This document shows positions 34,122 to 46,675 of a DNA stretch of 64,000 nucleotides, one piece after another. How positions within the stretch are numbered: the first letter of the stretch is position 1; the number at the start of each line of letters is the position of its first letter. The DNA comes from Thalia democratica. Taxonomy: Eukaryota. The notes below the pieces were generated by a model. That model was not told where the DNA came from and ran no database searches. It was given only the letters and a program-made list of their open reading frames with translations. The stretch spans positions 34,162,001 through 34,226,000 of the forward strand of contig OZ241832.1 of the NCBI GenBank assembly GCA_965202585.1, written 5' to 3'. Made by a program: the position numbers and the translations under genes.

Positions 34122-36374
34122 CAGGGGCGTCGCGTGGGGTGTTGCACTGCCGCAACTGCACCACCTTGAAATTTTCTAAGAAAAAAAATAAGTATCTATA
34201 ACGTTTTCGTTATTTTTTTGAACGAAATCTCTTTTAAAACTTCAGTTTTGAAAACGACCATTTTGCCCACTTCACTGCCGCAAACTCTTAGCTGACTGCC
34301 GCAAATGAACTCAAAAAAGCAAAATTTCTTCAAGAATTACCGCAAAATCAATATCTTGCGGTAAGTAAGCTAAGTTGAAAATTCCCTAAAACAGGACTTG
34401 CTTAAGTATCATCTACAAGCTATTGTAAACATAAAATAAAAACAAAGCAAGCTACTGCAAAGGATTAAACTTGAGTTTATGTACCCACATGATTTTTTAA
34501 ATTTAACAGATCACTTCTATTAAAAGATTTGTCATAAATTGCATATTTTGAAAAAAAAGATAAAAACCCTAAATCACCAAAGTCTTAAAAGTTTGAATTT
34601 TTATTTTAATCTGCATACATAAACTTAACTATAACTGATTATTGTTATCATAAAGTTAATAAAATAAATAATAAAATTCAAGTTCTGAAAAAAAGAATTA
34701 AGAAGTTTATTATAAACTTCTAGTTCACTCTTACAGAAAAATATTTTAGATTAATTTTAAATAAAAAATAGTATTATTGAAACAATCACATATTTAAATA
34801 AAGTAAATAGCCTTAATTTAGAAACTTTGATTACTTAGAGTAGTTTAACATTTTAGGAAAATTTAGTCTACCTCTACTTTATATAACTTTTGGTTTAATT
34901 TTTTCATAAACAAAGCAAAAATTTTAGATAAAATTGTTGAAACATGGTTGCCTTGCCTCATAATCAAGATAACTTAGAAATGTTAAAAACTCAAGATGAC
35001 CCAAGATAAATTAAAACAGACCAAATTAGAAAAATATTCAGGCTGACTAAAGCAGTTTTAATTTTTACTCTGAAAATAACAAGGTTATTTAAAATTAAAA
35101 AATAAGTGTTTTACCCCTATGGCCACATGAAAACTAACTAACCAAACTTTTACTTCTATAATGGTTAGATATTTATAAATTATCTTTAAAATTCTTGAAA
35201 AGTTCAACAGCCTCACAACTAAACTTAAAAAAGTTGAGCTCCTGAGAAAAATACTGTCATCAAAATGAAAAACAAATAAATATTAAATAAAGAAAAGATA
35301 CCCTTAAAAAACTATTGAATTTTAAACCTCCAACAAAAAACATTAAAATTAGAAAAAAAGTTAATAAAAATGTTAATGTTTGTAAAAAAAATGTGCAAAT
35401 TAGTGAGGAGTAAGGCGGGAGGGTGTATAGGCACTTTTTTACATGTTGTTCTTATTTTAACTTTTTCAGAAAGCTAATAGTTACTCTTTAATAAACTTGA
35501 AATTTCCAATTAAACTTTTAGTTACAACTAGTTAAAGCCAGAGAGTACAATGGTTTATTATACAAGGAACAAACCAAAACAGCAAAAAATACAATTTTAC
35601 TGAAAACCTATATTCTCCATCATTTTTAAAACAATTTTTAATTAAACTTTTTCATCCTAATTTTTTTAAAACTTTATACTTTTGTTGAAGAGAAGTTTTC
35701 AATTTTTAAGTATCAATATATATTTTTATATATACAAAAAAAAACTTTTGTTATAACTTTTTTTTTCTTGGTGTTTTAAATATCTAATTTAGCAATTTTT
35801 TTTTGTTTTATAAAAGAAACATCTAAAGATTCTGAGGCCAACTTATAAAAAAAAGATATTATTTTAGTGATTTGATTTATTTGTTGTTTGAGTTTATATT
35901 ATAAAAATAAGGATTCATTTGTACCTCTGACTGTGAATTACCATATCTCAAAAATTTTAAGAATTTTTTATATTGATAAAAGATGACTTGTAGTTAAATT
36001 AAAACTGTATAAAGTAATTTCAGTAAAATAATTCTAAAGTAGATGTTAAGGGCATAAAGGGGGGGGGTAAAACATTTTTTTAAACACTGTTTTAGTATAA
36101 ACCTTTTGTTGCCTTTGACTTTGACCGGCTATATCTTAAAACATATACTGAATTTTTTAAATCTGTAAAAAGCATCTTGTAGCTTAGTAAAAACTACATA
36201 AAATAAGATCAAATTGTTTCATCCCCCCTATGCCCTTAAAAGCAAAGCTTATCTTCAGGTGTAGCAAAAGTTCAGTTGTTTTCAAACTTGACAGTAAAAA
36301 CATATTTTTATTAAAATAATTGATATTTTTTTAAATTCTGCACCACCTAAAAAAAATACCACGCGACGCCACTG
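34122..36374. mobile_element. Non-autonomous hAT DNA transposon, 2253 bp
   Basis: 16-bp TIR CAG(G/T)GGCGTCGCGTGG at both ends, perfect 8-bp TSD ATTACTAT (34114-34121 and 36375-36382), subterminal repeats of (T/A)CCGCAA, no transposase ORF. Confidence 0.9.
36050..36235. mobile_element. 186-bp MITE with TTAA target duplication (Kolobok- or piggyBac-type), nested in the hAT element
   Basis: ttaa|GGGCATAAAGGGGG...CCCCCCTATGCCC|ttaa. A related left end (taagggcataggggg) occurs near 52470. Confidence 0.7.
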
Positions 36375-38293
36375 ATTACTATTAAATATATTGATATATA
36401 GTTCATTTCGGAATTTCGTTTAGCAGTTCGCAAAAAAAAATTCTAAAAACTTATTTTGCATAGTATAAACATTATTTAAATATAATTTTACAAAAATATT
36501 TTGTTAAAATTTTAAAAGTCATAAATAGTCAAAAGTAAACAGTGTAAAAAATTGTTTAAATTTTTGGATTAAGTAATTCTTCAATATAAAAGTTATGTTT
36601 AACTTACATATAGTAAGACAAAGAAAAAAAAAACATTCAATAAAGTGGAAAAGCTACATAAAAGTTTCAAGTTGTAATTGAATTAAAAATAAAACATTAA
36701 AAATACGAACAACAATAAGAACACAAAAAACCTGCCACTTATATAATTATAACTTATAAGTTATACACATCTTGTAATTTACAAATATTCGGCTCGCGAG
36801 TTCTAATTACCAACGATCTTAGAACTGAGGTCTGTGAATGTTTCTTGCTCTAGATAGAATTTTAAAACTATTATTCTAGTAATTCATAGACTTATTTGTA
36901 AACCATCAATTTTTATCCAATGACTCTCGAAGATTTTATATCCTCAATAATTGGTGTCTAAAACAATAAAAATTCCCAAACAGCAGCGTTTTTTGATATA
37001 AATAGATCAAACTAAAACTACTGTCAGGAGAGATGCAAGATAAGTTATAAAAAATCCTTCATGTTTTACTTACCATAGTAATACAAGCTCTTTAAAATGA
37101 AATATATGATGTGTTTTGTTTAAACAACCAATAAACATATTTTTGCTCAACATACCCAGTGAATCTTTTTTGAGGAAACACGTTAAAGAATTATGCTATT
37201 TTTTAAAACTGTAACACTATTTTTATTCAAGTAAATTTGTTATAAAAGTAGCAAAAGTCCACAAAGAGTTTAAATGAAATTCATAATTAACATCTTTGAA
37301 AAATTTTTAAATGATGTTATGAAACAATTAAATTCTATATTTTTATAATAAGTATGTAACCTTTATTTTTTAGAGTGCAAAGTTTTAAAAGATTTATCAA
37401 ACGTTTTATTAGTTATTGTTTTTTAAACTTTTGTTGATTAGAATCAATTCTGATAAATTTAACTTTATAAGTGAGATAAAAATAGTAAATAATTGGCTGG
37501 ATTTTAGCCTAAATTTATCAAAAACAATTTAATTTTCATTGTAACAAAAACTTGTGCAAATTATATATTTAACTTAATTTATGTGTTAAAAGTTTTTTTC
37601 AGACAAAAAATGCACTTGTTTTTATTAACCTCTTAGTCTTCTTGAAGTTTTATTTATACGTACTATTTAATAAAATTTAAGACTTTTTATTAGTCACCAT
37701 TGTCAGTAATTCATAAAAAACACTTAAAGTTTTATAATGTTATACTCGTTTTTTATGTTTAAACTAAATAAGGTATAAATTTTTAAATTTATTTTGAAAG
37801 ACTTGAGTTTCTGATCAAATTATAATATAATATTTTTTTTTCATTTAAAGTTATAAATGGTTGTTCCTAAAAATAAAGTCTTGCAAAAGCGAATAAATAC
37901 ATGACTTTATTAAACTACTTTTTACTATACATTATTACACCTTACTTATAGCTCATTGCCAAAATACAAAAATAATTTGGAAAATCTTGCTTTATTTTTT
38001 CTAAACAGTAAAATTGTTGGTCAATGTCTATAAGTTACAACAAAACTGTTAATTAGACTAACTGATAAGAAATTTCTAACAATACCTTTTGTTTTAAAAG
38101 TTTTGGTAAATAATAATTTATAAAATATTTAGAAGTACTTTAAAACATTCAAAAAAAATTCAGTATTTATCTTTTGTATTTTATCATCATTTATATGATT
38201 TAATTAGTTCACACAGTAAGTTTCAAAGCATTAAGTATAAATTATTTTAGAAACAACATTAGAATAGAAATAATTTGTATCTTACTATAGTCA

Positions 38294-38415
38294 ATGTCCT
38301 GTCTTAGACATTATTCTGTTCTGGTGTACGACTCGAAAACCAAAAGGTTTTTTCGTACACCAGGTCCTTGGACCTAACTTTTTGAGCGTATTTTTTGTCG
38401 CTGAATAAACAATAC
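38294..38415 (+). repeat. Full copy of the ~130-bp structured repeat family
   Basis: Perfect 11-bp stem ctggtgtacga/tcgtacaccag followed by ggtccttggacc. Confidence 0.85.
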
Positions 38416-38498
38416 AATGAAATATTTTAAAAAATTGGTTAAGCTGAAAAGTAGGAAATTTAGTTTCCTGTTCCGGACGCCCTAAAAAAGTAAGGAAT

Positions 38499-38789
38499 TT
38501 AAATGTTGATCAATTTTTTTATCCCACACATCCCGTGATATTCTGTCGAACAAAATTGTCGTCTAGGTCGTTAGTGACGAACTGCACTACTACGCAGTAC
38601 TCTTGTTGCTTCTTGGTATCTGGTTGACCTTCAAGCTTCCACAAATAGCCTTTGTTGAATGTACCGTCCCTATTTTCCGGGTTATAGAATGTCTCGTTAG
38701 TTATATATCTCAAAATATTTTCACCATTGCGGTTTGTTAGTCCTACCCAGAAATTTTCATTGTGTGATCTCACCAAGCTGAAAATTTTC
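38499..38789 (-). pseudogene. C-type lectin copy 3: isolated terminal exon with a frameshift
   Basis: Homologous to lectin exon 3 (acceptor ttacgtcaaag, FWVGLT, GQPD, NDLDD). A 1-bp loss in the T4 run at 38552-38555 removes the conserved Cys. Intron-2 homology extends to ~39055 and the 3'UTR is homologous to copy 1, but exons 1-2 were not found. Confidence 0.75.
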
Positions 38790-39071
38790 CTTTGACGTAA
38801 TTAAAAATTATTGCTAAGGTACTATTTTTTCAAAGTGATGAAAAATGATAAACACCATGCATAAATTTAAAAATGCTAAGCTTGATACTGATTTTTAAAG
38901 TGTAAGGTTGGAAATTAAAAAAACATTTACGTTTTGTATGAACTATATGAACACAAATTAGTTATAATTGATCATAAAGGTTGAACATTTTCTGATCATA
39001 CCAAAACAGTTTAGATATTTTAGAAATAATCAATCATAAACTTAAAACTAGTTTTGAATGTTTTTGAATTA

Positions 39072-39085
39072 GGACGAAACCGGTC
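39072..39085 (+). ncRNA. 3' half of a minimal hammerhead motif
   Basis: GGAC-GAAA-CCGG-TC, same family as 590-630. The CUGAUGA half is degenerate. Confidence 0.45.
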
Positions 39086-39629
39086 ATAGGTTGTCTCGGA
39101 TGCTGTTGTTGTTGTTGATCTTGTGGTAAAGTTCATTAATTGATATTGATGGCTTGAAGTATCTCAACTCTGTTGATGATTGCCGTAATAATTTATATTA
39201 GCCATATCTTTAAATTAGTTTAATTTTTTAGAAAATAAAAAGTATGCATGTAGTTCTAAGTGTAGTATTGATAATATTATGATGGATAAATAACTTTAAC
39301 GTGTACTGAAAGAAATATGAAGAATAACAGAGAACAATTTAAAATTTGAACTTTTTACCCCAAAGTAAGTACGTGAAAGTTAATCCATTGATTAATAGAT
39401 ATACACAACAAATTTAAGTTTTCTACTCAAATACGTTAGTTATAATAGGTTTTAATTTAAAAATAGAAGTCATAAACATGCAATTTGTTGCACCTTGTTA
39501 ATGAAACTCAAGCAGTTTGGAATATAAACCAATACCGAAAGAAAAACTCGTATTTATTTTAATGAGAAAAAACATAGTTTTAACTTATTGTTTTTTAAGT
39601 TTAAATTTGATAAAATTTAGATAGTGTTG

Positions 39630-39750
39630 TTTTATGAACGACAAAAATAGTGTTTAAAATATTTATTTCCACTATCTGGTGCACGAAGTAGCCTTTCGGT
39701 TATCGTGTCGTAAACTACTTGGATACAGTTTAACGTCTTGTCAAGGATAC
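39630..39750 (-). repeat. Diverged copy of the ~130-bp repeat family
   Basis: Reverse complement reads gacaagacgttaaactgtatcc...gacacgataaccgaaaggctacttcgtgcaccag...tttttgtcgttcat. Confidence 0.75.
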
Positions 39751-41570
39751 TTTTAAATAAACATGTAGTCTTACTTAGAAGTTTTTAAAGCTTTCTTATG
39801 CTGTCACCTAATTTAATAAATACTTATTGGTTTTGTTACATTATTAGGTTTAACCTTGTGCTGATATCTTTATCGAATCTAATGTGATAAATATTACAGT
39901 AAAACATAACACAGTAACAAAAATTGTTAAGTCAATTCTGTTTCTTCTCTCCATTAAGACTTTTGAAATTTATAATTCATTATTATAAATTATATTTGAT
40001 ATTGTGGTTATTTCGAAAGAATTTTCAGCTTTATACATATTTTACATGCTGCTTCTGTTAAACACTAGTGCGACCAAATTTAACTGCAAATTAATCTTTA
40101 ACACATACATTTTAGACTGTTTTTATAACCTGAAGTCTGTCAATTCAATAGACTTCGTTTTGTTAATTTTATTAACACTATGGTTTTAAAACTGATAAAA
40201 AGTTAAACAAAAAATATTAGTTTTACATAGGTTTAAGAAAAAATCAATACAAAAAGGTGGTGTGTTTGATATATAACAACACTTTCAATTAAAAATGTTT
40301 AAAAATGTAAAACAAAATTAATAGTATTTTTGCGTAAATCTTGAACATGTTTTGAGCTACACATACTTACTAAAGTTATGGCAGCATAAATAAAGACTAA
40401 TACACGCCAATTAAAAAAAAAACTTACCTAGGTTAGATTTTAATTTAACAAATATAAAAACAAAACTGAAAGCTTACAACAAAAAAGCGAACAAAATTAT
40501 ACCTCATAACGTTATTACTTATGATAGCTATTACCTTATATTCATGTTCTCTGTTATTAAATACAAAATTCACTAGTGATTTAAAAGTATTTTCGTCAGC
40601 AGTTTTAGTTATTGAATTATTTACAGTCTGACATTGATTATTCGGATATTTAGGGTTTATTACGTTGCCTCTAAATAAAACAACAACTTATTGAAACGCT
40701 AAAGATATTACATACAATACAAAAGTTTAGTTCAATTTATATTTGAAGCAATCTTTCATAAAGTTTTTATTATATTAAGTTTAATGTCCTTTACAAACCA
40801 TACATTTTTAATAAATTATATACACAATAACATAAAAGTTAAGAAAGTTTTCGAATAAAACCATGAAAATTGTTTGTTGGTTTTGTTATTCTATATATAA
40901 TAGAATAAATTTATACCAGGAATTATTCAATGTTGAGTAGTTTAAATTTCTCTGAAACGAAGTATGTGATAAACAAAATTTTTTCTTTAGTTTATATATT
41001 TTTAATTATGTACGATCTTACTTTGTATTTTAATTTATCAAGAGATATAAAAGTTTAATTTTACCAAACATGTCTCAACTTAAAACTACCGAAACTATTT
41101 ACATATACGTCCTATTTACTATCTATATGCAGTTTATAAACTTTTAGAACAATTTTATGTATCGAACCATTTTAACATTGTAGTATTATTGCAACAACAC
41201 TAGGATATTATATAAGATAGACTTTCTTTTAAAAACTCTTTTATATTGAAACTCAATAAAATTTTAAATTTAAAGTTGTAATAAATTTAGAAATAAAGTT
41301 AAATCATATTCATTGAAAAATAGCAACAACAAAAGTAAAGAAAAATTCAAGCAAACAGAAACATTTTAGTTGATAATAACTAGTATCAATTTTTAATAGA
41401 AATTTCCTAAGTTTTGTCTAAAGTAAAGTGATTAATAAAAACTATTTGCAAAAGTTTATTTTTAATGTAAGTTGTGTAAAAAAGTTAAAACATGTGATAT
41501 TTTTATCAAAAGTATAACAGTTATCTAACCCTAGTTGTAGGGACAAAAGTATTTCCATGTTTTGTGCTCA

Positions 41571-42476
41571 TTAAATACTTTGTTTGTGAGCAAAATATAA
41601 ATATAAACATAACAAATTTCCAAAAATAGTTTGCGCCAAGTCTTTCATAAAATATTCGACAACTGAAAGTTCTGAGTTTGCTTGTAAACTACTTTTTTGA
41701 TAATAACCGTAAAGAAAAAGTAATAAATAAACAACAAGTAAAAGTGTCATCATCAAAAACAACTTTAAAAGCAAATTAATTTGAAGCTTGATTTTACCTA
41801 AAACTTTACGTTGTAAACTGTTTTTATCATATTTAATTTCAATACATTTGATACACCACAGGTAGTAAAGCTCCGTTGCAAGCAACAAAACCATTACAAT
41901 GACCATTGAAAGCATTTTGACCAACTCAAACAGCTTGTGAAAAGGTAACGTCTTCGAGTAGCAAATGCTGCGTTCGTCGAAAAACACTACGTCTGCGTTG
42001 ATTTTAAACGGAACGATCACTACCAACGTCCAAATGAAAACGAAGACTGTCCGATGAGCATGGTACATGCACCTGTTTTTGTGCAGAAACCCAACAAACT
42101 TCTGCTTGCTCCAAACGTAGTCTATCGTGAACATGACGGAGAAGTTTAAGGATTTTATCAGAAAGTGAAAGAAGGTGAAAGTGAAGTTGAAAGTTGAACA
42201 GAGGTAGGCTTGATCAGTTATCATGTTCTTTCTGTACACAACTGACATCAGAAGACCAATGCAAGATTGAGCCAAGTTGAAAATTTGGGTTAAGAGCATG
42301 CATTTTTTTATCAGAGATGTACCAGATTTGTGCTTGAACAAAATTAAGTATTTTTGTAAGTATATCTTTTTGGTGAAAACAAAAAGTAGTGTTGAGTTTA
42401 GGGTTACACCAAATACAAATAGTGCTACACTTGAGATTCTATAACTGCTTTCTTCAATGTTTGTTATTTTGTTCAT
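41571..42476 (-). CDS. Highly divergent intronless 7TM receptor (rhodopsin-like GPCR, possibly chemosensory), 301 aa
   Basis: About seven hydrophobic segments, very short N-terminus, TM1 GxxLN, Cys at the top of TM3 and in ECL2 (LCST, SICY). DRY is replaced by IDY and NPxxY by NLLCLY. Confidence 0.7.
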   Translation of the reverse strand: MNKITNIEESSYRISSVALFVFGVTLNSTLLFVFTKKIYLQKYLILFKHKSGTSLIKKCMLLTQIFNLAQSCIGLLMSVVYRKNMITDQAYLCSTFNFTFTFFHFLIKSLNFSVMFTIDYVWSKQKFVGFLHKNRCMYHAHRTVFVFIWTLVVIVPFKINADVVFFDERSICYSKTLPFHKLFELVKMLSMVIVMVLLLATELYYLWCIKCIEIKYDKNSLQRKVLGKIKLQINLLLKLFLMMTLLLVVYLLLFLYGYYQKSSLQANSELSVVEYFMKDLAQTIFGNLLCLYLYFAHKQSI

Positions 42477-45400
42477 TTTTTACAATGTTTTTAGTTCATT
42501 ATTTTGTCTGTAAAACCGTCATAAATAAACACTTAAAAAAATAACAAACATGTAAAAATATAAAAAGTAGTAAGTCTAGCAATTGTATTGAAATGTTCTT
42601 GGTAAATTTTTTTGATAAACTTTATTTATTTTCACATTTTTTTTAGAATTTAAAACAACTTAATCTTGTTATGTTAAAAAATATACAAATTTTTGAAAAA
42701 AAAAGAATTCACGTGATCACTCTAGATGACTTAAAATTTTTATGACTATTTACTAAAATAACATCTATCTACAAAATAACTATTTTTTAAAGTTTTTAAC
42801 AAAAAACTGAGTTGGTATAAATTAGTTTATAAAGTCAGTTATAAAAAAACACAAAATGTTAAATAAAACTAATAAAATCAAGGAACAAAACTTGAAGATA
42901 CAAAAAAATACTCGACAGGGTTTTACACATCGCTTATAATTTTTTTTTTGCTAGCTTTAAGGATATATTCAGTATATAAAGCCATAATAAATTAGTTAAA
43001 AAATTTTATGTATATAACCTCACAAACTTAACTTTATTTGTTTTTAGTCAAGTATTGTGACTTTAACAAACTTTCAAAACACAGTTAAAAAAATAATTTA
43101 AACCATATTTAGTCTATATTTTATTTTGCTACTAAAAAGTTTTTCAAATAAGCTTTAGCTTCATGAAAAAACTTTAAAACTGTTTTGCTGCCTTAAAAAA
43201 ATTTCAATAATTTATACTTTTTGTTAAATAACACATTTTTAAACTTATCAAAAAAAAATCAATTGATTATTTTGGCCCGTGTTTTTTCTAAGTATAAATT
43301 AAAACTAAGTTGCTATTTTACCTTATAATTTCTTTTAAAAAAGATATTTCCAACAATAACAAAAAAAAAATTATCACTACAAAAACTTTTTTTGTTAGAT
43401 ATTTTCTTTGTAGAAAAGCAATAAACAAAGCTGTATAAAAAGTACAAATAAATTTTATTTGACAACTCAACTATGCGGAAGCTTAATTAATTTTGTTACC
43501 AGTTGCAAGATAATTAAACAAAATTATCTACTTGAAAAATTTGTGCTTGCTTAATTATAAGCAGAATTTGTGTTTAATCAATGTAATTTAGTTATAACTT
43601 TTTTATAGCAATTCACAGCTAGTATGCACTAATGAACATTGTATAGTTTAAAATTTAACCTGTACTTACTCTGATTTAAAAGTTAAACTTATAAATAAAA
43701 TACGTAGCTTTTAATAACTTTAAGTTTATTCAATACCAAGTTATAATCGTTATGTGAATTATCTATTGTAATAAACGTATATACAGAATATTTTCATAAG
43801 TTATTGTTTTTTTTTTTTTTAAACGCAATTATAAAGAGTATCATTATATTGAAAATTAAACGAAAACCTAAAAGTATAGTTTATCAAAGAAGAATTTATT
43901 TTATACAGAACTATGATTTAGAGTTTTTTTTTGTTTCAGTTGTCACGAAAAAAATTACTTACCTAGAACTTTCAATAATTGAATAGTGTGTTAATAACTG
44001 TGTTTTGAAAGCCTGTTAAAGACAGACTACTTGATTAGAAACAAATAAAATTAAGTTTGTCAGGTAGAACAATTACTACATAATAAAAATGAAAGTTAAG
44101 TTAAAATGTTGTCCTCACTCTAATCATGGCAATTTTTTTCTGCGCTTATTTATTCTTATTTATTTTTAGACTAACCATTAAATGTGATAGGCTTGAAAAA
44201 GAGAAAAAAAACACTTTTTTTTCAACTAGGCGTTTATTATTTGTTTTTACATTCGTATAACTTGTTTAACACTTCTAATTTTTTTCTAAAACTTTACATC
44301 GAAGCAAACTTTTTCCAACGAAATCCTTATATAAACATTTAACGATAGTTTTTTACTGGACAAGTTTTTGATCTCACTACTAAAACTTATTGCTAACTGA
44401 CAGTTACATAAATTTTCTACTTGTTTGAATAGTATGTGTTTATTTTTTTATTTAATTTATTGTATTCTAATAGTTTTTCAATATACAGATAAGATTTTAA
44501 TAAAAAAAAAAACTATTCAAAATTTGTTATATCGGAAAAAGAAATCTGAAAAACACTTTTGGCATAAAAAGTTTTTTCGACTTATATTTATGTAGTTCTA
44601 TCTTATGGTAAAAAAAGATAACTAGAAAACATGTTTAAAACAGTTGTTTAAAACAGTTTAAAACAGTTGTAATATTTTTCAGGTACTTAAAAATAAATTG
44701 CTCATATCTAACAATAACGATAAGGTATTGTAGATGTTTTGAAAATAGGTTCAGCCTTCTATCTTATTTAAAATTTGTAACTATTGTAAAAATATTTTCT
44801 TTTTCTAAATTATACCTGAATATAACAGCGGACTCAAAAACCGACTTTTAAAAATAAGTTTAACTTCTTAGTCAAACAAAAAAAAAGTTACCAGAAATAA
44901 GTTTACTTCTATAAAAGTAAGCATCTTTGTATATTTTAGTTTAAAGTTTAAAAATATATTTTATCCGTAGTATTCAAATATGTTCTTAAAAATGGTGTTA
45001 GCGTTCATCTTAAGCATTACAGGTTGGATTGTTCAACAACTGCACTTTTTAAGCTTGCAGAAAGATCTTTTTCGTTGCCACTGTAAGTTTATTGTTTTAA
45101 TATTCTTTGAAAATCTGCAGCGGATTGCTTTCTTAATAAAAACATTTTTCTACATTATCTTTTTTCTCACATCAGAAAATCTTCCTGTAACTTAATTAAC
45201 TTTGACTGGCAAGCTTTGGCCCTTTTTAAAAATGTTCGTAATTTACAGACATCTCATAACTACAATTTAAACAACAACTTCCATACGAGCTACAACATTT
45301 CTTGCATTGAAGACGCAAAAGGTAGACTTGTACTTTCTCAAAACGAATCTTGAAAATCTTTTAAAAAGATGTTTGGCTGAGAATAAATTGTAGTTGCAGC

Positions 45401-46449
45401 TCAGTTTTCTGATGTTATCACTTGAAATATGAAGTTTTAACAAATCATAGCAACATGTTTTTTTTTGTTTGTGATTATCAGATTAAGATCATGAAACATT
45501 TAGTAATGATTTTATAACGTTATTTTTTTTCTGAAAACAACCTGTTTAGGTTTCTTGTAATTAAACATACAGTAGTAAAAACATTTTTGCTTCCTAAAAA
45601 AGACTGTTGAGAATTTTTAGTTAAGCTCCTACATTAGAATTTACAGTACAACATGCCTGTGTCGCTTAAAAAATATTCTAAACATAATTAGACCGATGTT
45701 TTACTAATATTTTTTGACTTTTAACTGCAACATGAAGTTAAAAACATTATAGTTGATTCGTTTTTAATAATATCATAAGTGCACATAGTTTTTCTTTCGT
45801 ATACTTATAATTCTCAAAATCTTTAGTTTTTTTTTAAGCTTTTATTGTTGTTCAAGAAGTTATTTCATTTAAATCTTAATTTTTTTTTAAACTATTTGAT
45901 CTTTTTCAGTGCGATGTGAGGTTTAAAGACAAACAATACGGATTATTATTACGAAAGCTTGATTGTTGTGATATCAATGAACTTTTAATTATTAACTAAC
46001 AATAGAGACTTGTCCAACACAGGTTTATTACTTTGATTTTTTAGTTTTACTACAACTTATCTTTTAGAAAATTGTACTTGAAAAAAGATTTTTCAATTTT
46101 ATCTTACACAAAAAAAAAACACTAATTTGGACAAAAGCTTGTATAAGATTACAGACTAATTTTGATTAAAAAAATAAATTTATAGCATTCAACTATTAGC
46201 GTACTAGTAAAAATACTACTTTATAACTATCTAATACAAAAATTGAAAACAAAATACTGATACGTGATTTTTATTAATAACGACATAATAACTCAATGAA
46301 ACAGTAATAAATTATTTAGTATTTGTGATGTATAGGTTGCATTTTTAATAGTAATCTTATCATAACAGTTGTTAATTTAAAACATTAGGTAAATATTACT
46401 ATACTATACTCATTTCAATTAAAAAACATGTCAAAATGAGTATAGTTTA

Positions 46450-46675
46450 AGAATTAAGAAACCAGAAGATTGTCTGAGGTATAAGATTTTAATTCTCGAT
46501 GTGTTTGTGTATGAAACCGATCAAATGTTTTCGAAATGATTGCGCAATAACACTTATATATGAAGTATTCAGAATGTATTAACAAATTCATAATTGTACA
46601 AATATTAGGAAACAATGATTTTGTGTTGAAAGTATTTAAATTCTGCCGATAACTCCTCGTTGCAAATTAAATCCT
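46450..46675 (-). mobile_element. Possible decayed hAT transposase C-terminal (dimerisation domain) fragment
   Basis: Minus-strand frames give ..EELSAEFKYF / KSLFPNICTIMNLLI.., resembling the FPxLxxL signature. The xPxTSAxxERxFS motif is absent and the frames are broken. Confidence 0.3.

Noticed and set aside
37073-37190. ~41-codon minus-strand open stretch ending at a GTAAGT donor
   Set aside because: No convincing partner exons or protein similarity.
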